DNA of 64,000 nt from Chrysomallon squamiferum. Taxonomy: Eukaryota > Animalia > Mollusca. Positions 60,601 through 64,000 of this stretch are shown here, in pieces. Where the stretch lies: the NCBI GenBank assembly GCA_012295275.1, contig CM022671.1:22134001-22198000 (forward strand), read 5' to 3'. The position numbers and the translations under genes were made by a program. Numbering within the stretch: position 1 is the first letter of the stretch; every line of letters starts with the position of its first letter. The notes under the pieces were generated by a model. It saw only the letters and a program-made list of their open reading frames with translations, had not been told where the DNA came from and did no database searches.

Positions 60601-63600
60601 TTTATAATGATGATGATAATAAAACACACTCTCCATATTTTAACAGATTTCTTATGAAGCAACAGAAATGTAAGTATTATAAATGGTATACAGCAAGGTA
60701 CAGATGTTTTTAGTAAGGAAATCTTACCATAAAACCAGGTAATTGCAATCACCTCAAAAAAAGCCAGAACCATCAAAGACAGAGCTGCCGCATAGCGATC
60801 AATCAGTTGAAAGAAGTAAATCCCTCCCTGGAAAAATAAAAAATAAAAAATAAAAAATAAATAAATAGTAGTAGTAGTAGTAGTATCTGCAGTAGTAATA
60901 TAAATGAATGTAAAATTGATAATACATATAACATAATGATGATGATGATGATGATACGATTAAATATAATAATAAAATTAGAAATAAAAACAGTAAAATA
61001 GTAAATAAACATAATACTTATCTATATCTTGTATAGCAAAATCTCTTTTATATAAACATACATGCTACTTGTTTAGATACTATAGGATATGTTAAAATGT
61101 ACTTACAAACTACTTTACCTGTGTAATGTTGGGAAGTCCACACAGAAATGACACAACACACACAATGAGAACTAGAAATTCTTTTCTTCTCAGGTATTTC
61201 TTAACCTGTGGACCAAAATGATCACTGATAGCAGTCACTATCACTTCAACAGATGCAAACTGAAACAGAAGAAAAACAAATTTAAATAAAAAAATTAGGC
61301 AAAATAAAATTAGACAAATTTTATTGTGTAAGTCAGTAAGGTATTTGAATACTTTTTGTTTTTAATATCTGTAATTGCTTAACAAATGGATGAAACTATA
61401 ATCATTAAATTATATTGCTTTGTTATATTTTTAATTCTTATTAAGACATATATATCTGAAGAAACAGTAAAAGATTATATTACACTTTTATACTAATACA
61501 AATTCTATATATTACACAAAATGACAAAACGCATCCTAATCATATACACAGATAAAATAAAAACGATATAATAGATTAGAAAATATCCAGGTAATGCACA
61601 CAAATTGCTTTAACAATGTTTTATTAATTGTTAACATAATCACTGTATTATTACCTGACTGTCTATACCCAGACAGATAAGCATGAAGAAGAAGAGAAAA
61701 GCAAAAAGGGGAGCAACTGGCATGTTTACAAAGGCTTGTGGGTAAATGATGAAAACCAAACCAGGGCCTTAAAAAAAAAAAAAAAAAATAAAAATAAAAA
61801 TAAAAAACAAGATTTGGTAAACAAAATTAAATGCTAACATCTATTTAAAAACATTTTTTGTAAAATTAAACAGCAATAAGAAAACAAAACAAAAAAAGTA
61901 ATTTTAAGTTAAAAATTAAAATATAATCAACTAAATTACAACACTAACTATTTAATATTAAAGAAAAAAAAAAAAGAAGAATTTTGATTTGACTACTAGT
62001 TTTAGACTTGAAGAAGTCAGAAAAAAAAGAAGGATTTACTACTGTGTTTAAGTTTTAATATAATTTTGAAAGCCTAATGACTTCAAGTAACTGTGGAACA
62101 ATTTATTTACAGAATACACCTAAAGCAGTTAAATCTGAAACTAAAGTTGCTTATCATACTGCAGTTATAATTATTCTAAAACAAGATTTAGTTCAAGTTG
62201 AAATCAGTTCTGATCACAGACTTAGATTACAAAATAACTGTCATAGTAATACCAATCATATCTTTAATTTTATCATGCAAATACTGAAAGCACAATTTAT
62301 TATACCAAATAATTCTCAGAAAACATCTGTAATCACGTCTAGTGGGGCTTTTTAATCGTAATAATTGTGAATCCTTTGTAACTGTATTTAAAAGCCTACC
62401 TTCTGATACAACATCCGTTACATCCTTGCCCTGGATATAAGCAAGATTGCCAAGGATTGAGAAAATGGCAAATCCTGCCAGGATGCAAGTGAAAGCATCA
62501 GCTGCTGCCAGTAACAAAACATCTCTGGAAGAAAGAAACAAAGAAAAATTAGGACACTGTAAGGACCGGACTATATCTATAAGCAAGAGAGGGAAATAAA
62601 GACACGGTCCATGTACATACAATATTAAAATTCTAAACAAAATTACTTGTATTTTTAGATGAAAGTAAATTATTGTTATGGTGCATGATATAATAGTATA
62701 TATATATAAAAAAAAAAAAAACCTGAAGATAATATAATCACAACAACAATAATGTTCACTGACAATAAAATAAATTTAAAAAAAAAAAAGAATAATAAAT
62801 ATAATTGAAAATATATTTTTTTAAATTATTATTATACATTGCCAGGTAGAAGATAAATGTATTTTCAGTAAAAATAATTAAAATAATCTAGATTTCTACC
62901 TGATATCATGTCCAATACAAAATTAAATTATTAAATAAAATCAAAATAATAAAATTAAAATAATAATTTTAAAATATTTAGTTTCATATCTCATTATACA
63001 TTAACTTTTCTTAATTAATATATATATATACAAACAAAAACACACATATAATTCTCTGGAAAATAATTTGAGACAGTATTTTAAAACTAACATTCTGAAT
63101 ATTAAATATCTCATAAATGCAAAAAATAAAATAAAATAAAATAAAATAAAATCAATAAGATAATTAACACAATAAGCATCAAAATAATTCATAAAAGTTT
63201 AACTCAGTTTTAAATTTTAACCAGTGATATAGTAATTTTGATTACTGATATAATGAATCAAATAATTGAAGGTTAAATATGACCTTGTTGGTCTATATAA
63301 TTATGACTATACTGAAATTTGGAATTATATGAAATTAAAACATCCCTCTTTCCATCAACAAACTGAACCAGTCAAAGCCATTTTATTTATCATTGTTATT
63401 GTCCCCTTTTAATAAAGTCTGGATTGTTGAAAAGAAAGTTAATATACACAATATAGATCAATTGGTCAAAGGCAAATGATTTATTGAAACTAATATATCT
63501 AATGAAAATAACAACTTAAATATAATAAAATGATTTAAACAACAATAATAATAACACAAATGAAAAAAAAGTAATTTTAAATTTAAAAGGAAACTATAAT

Positions 63601-64000
63601 CAATCAGCATATGCATATAAATATGTATAATTTAAAAATTAAACAAAAACAAAAATAAACAAAAAATATAAATAAAAAAACTAAAAAAACTAACAAAGTA
63701 AAATAAAATTTAAGAAAGATATTAATTAAAAACATAATAACTGAATTATTATATGCTTTTTTAAAAAGAACAAAAAAAAAAAAAAAACACCCCAAAATGT
63801 CTTCTTATCATGTATAGGAAAGAAGCAGTAAGAATGTTTTTTTTTTTTTTTTTTTTTTTTACAGTTAATTAACTTGTACGTCTGTATACGTGTATGTTGT
63901 GCTGTATACCTGAGAATTTTATTATTAAACTTGCTGTAACTGGACATTGTGATGAGACCACCAAAAGCTACTCCCAAAGAATTGAAAGTCTGAGCTGCAG
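59144..64000 (-). CDS. ine: SLC6 sodium:neurotransmitter symporter, inebriated-like (3' part, TM6-TM12; 5' part outside window)
   Basis: Minus-strand exons: >64000-63910, 62524-62400, 61767-61655, 61259-61119, 60827-60728, 60257-60157, 59790-59620, 59254-59144 (TAA). All are phase-consistent. Motifs [93 protein letters not shown] and PNIxQGG resemble Drosophila Ine. SLC6 membership is secure; ine orthology is less so. Confidence 0.9.
60262..60620. repeat. (AAT)n/(AAC)n-rich low-complexity intron
   Basis: Directly visible trinucleotide runs. Confidence 0.9.

Overview
This is very AT-rich, microsatellite-rich, spliced eukaryotic DNA from a lophotrochozoan, probably a mollusc, judged by the miR-745a/b pair. 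Most ORF-track entries are low-complexity artefacts. Hand-assembling GT-AG exons gave four protein genes: (1) a complete 13-coding-exon HPD (4-hydroxyphenylpyruvate dioxygenase, +, 5756-15883); (2) a 2-exon single-CCCH zinc-finger gene (-, 22507-24336); (3) head-to-head with it, a 12-exon, 448-aa EHD/dynamin-like P-loop NTPase with no EH domain and a C-terminal two-TM hairpin (+, 24864-53251); (4) the 3' part of an inebriated-like SLC6 transporter (-, 59144 to beyond 64000). Intron 4 of the NTPase holds the miR-745a/miR-745b (Mir-22 family) hairpins. Just upstream lies a candidate cryptic exon carrying a 21-nt site fully paired (3 G:U) to miR-315. The large introns upstream of the miRNAs contain promoter/enhancer-like islands. 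Also present are a decayed hAT/Buster element, two MITE-like elements, intronic minisatellites and a candidate distal HPD first exon. Comparisons to known proteins and miRNAs are from memory, not from database searches.
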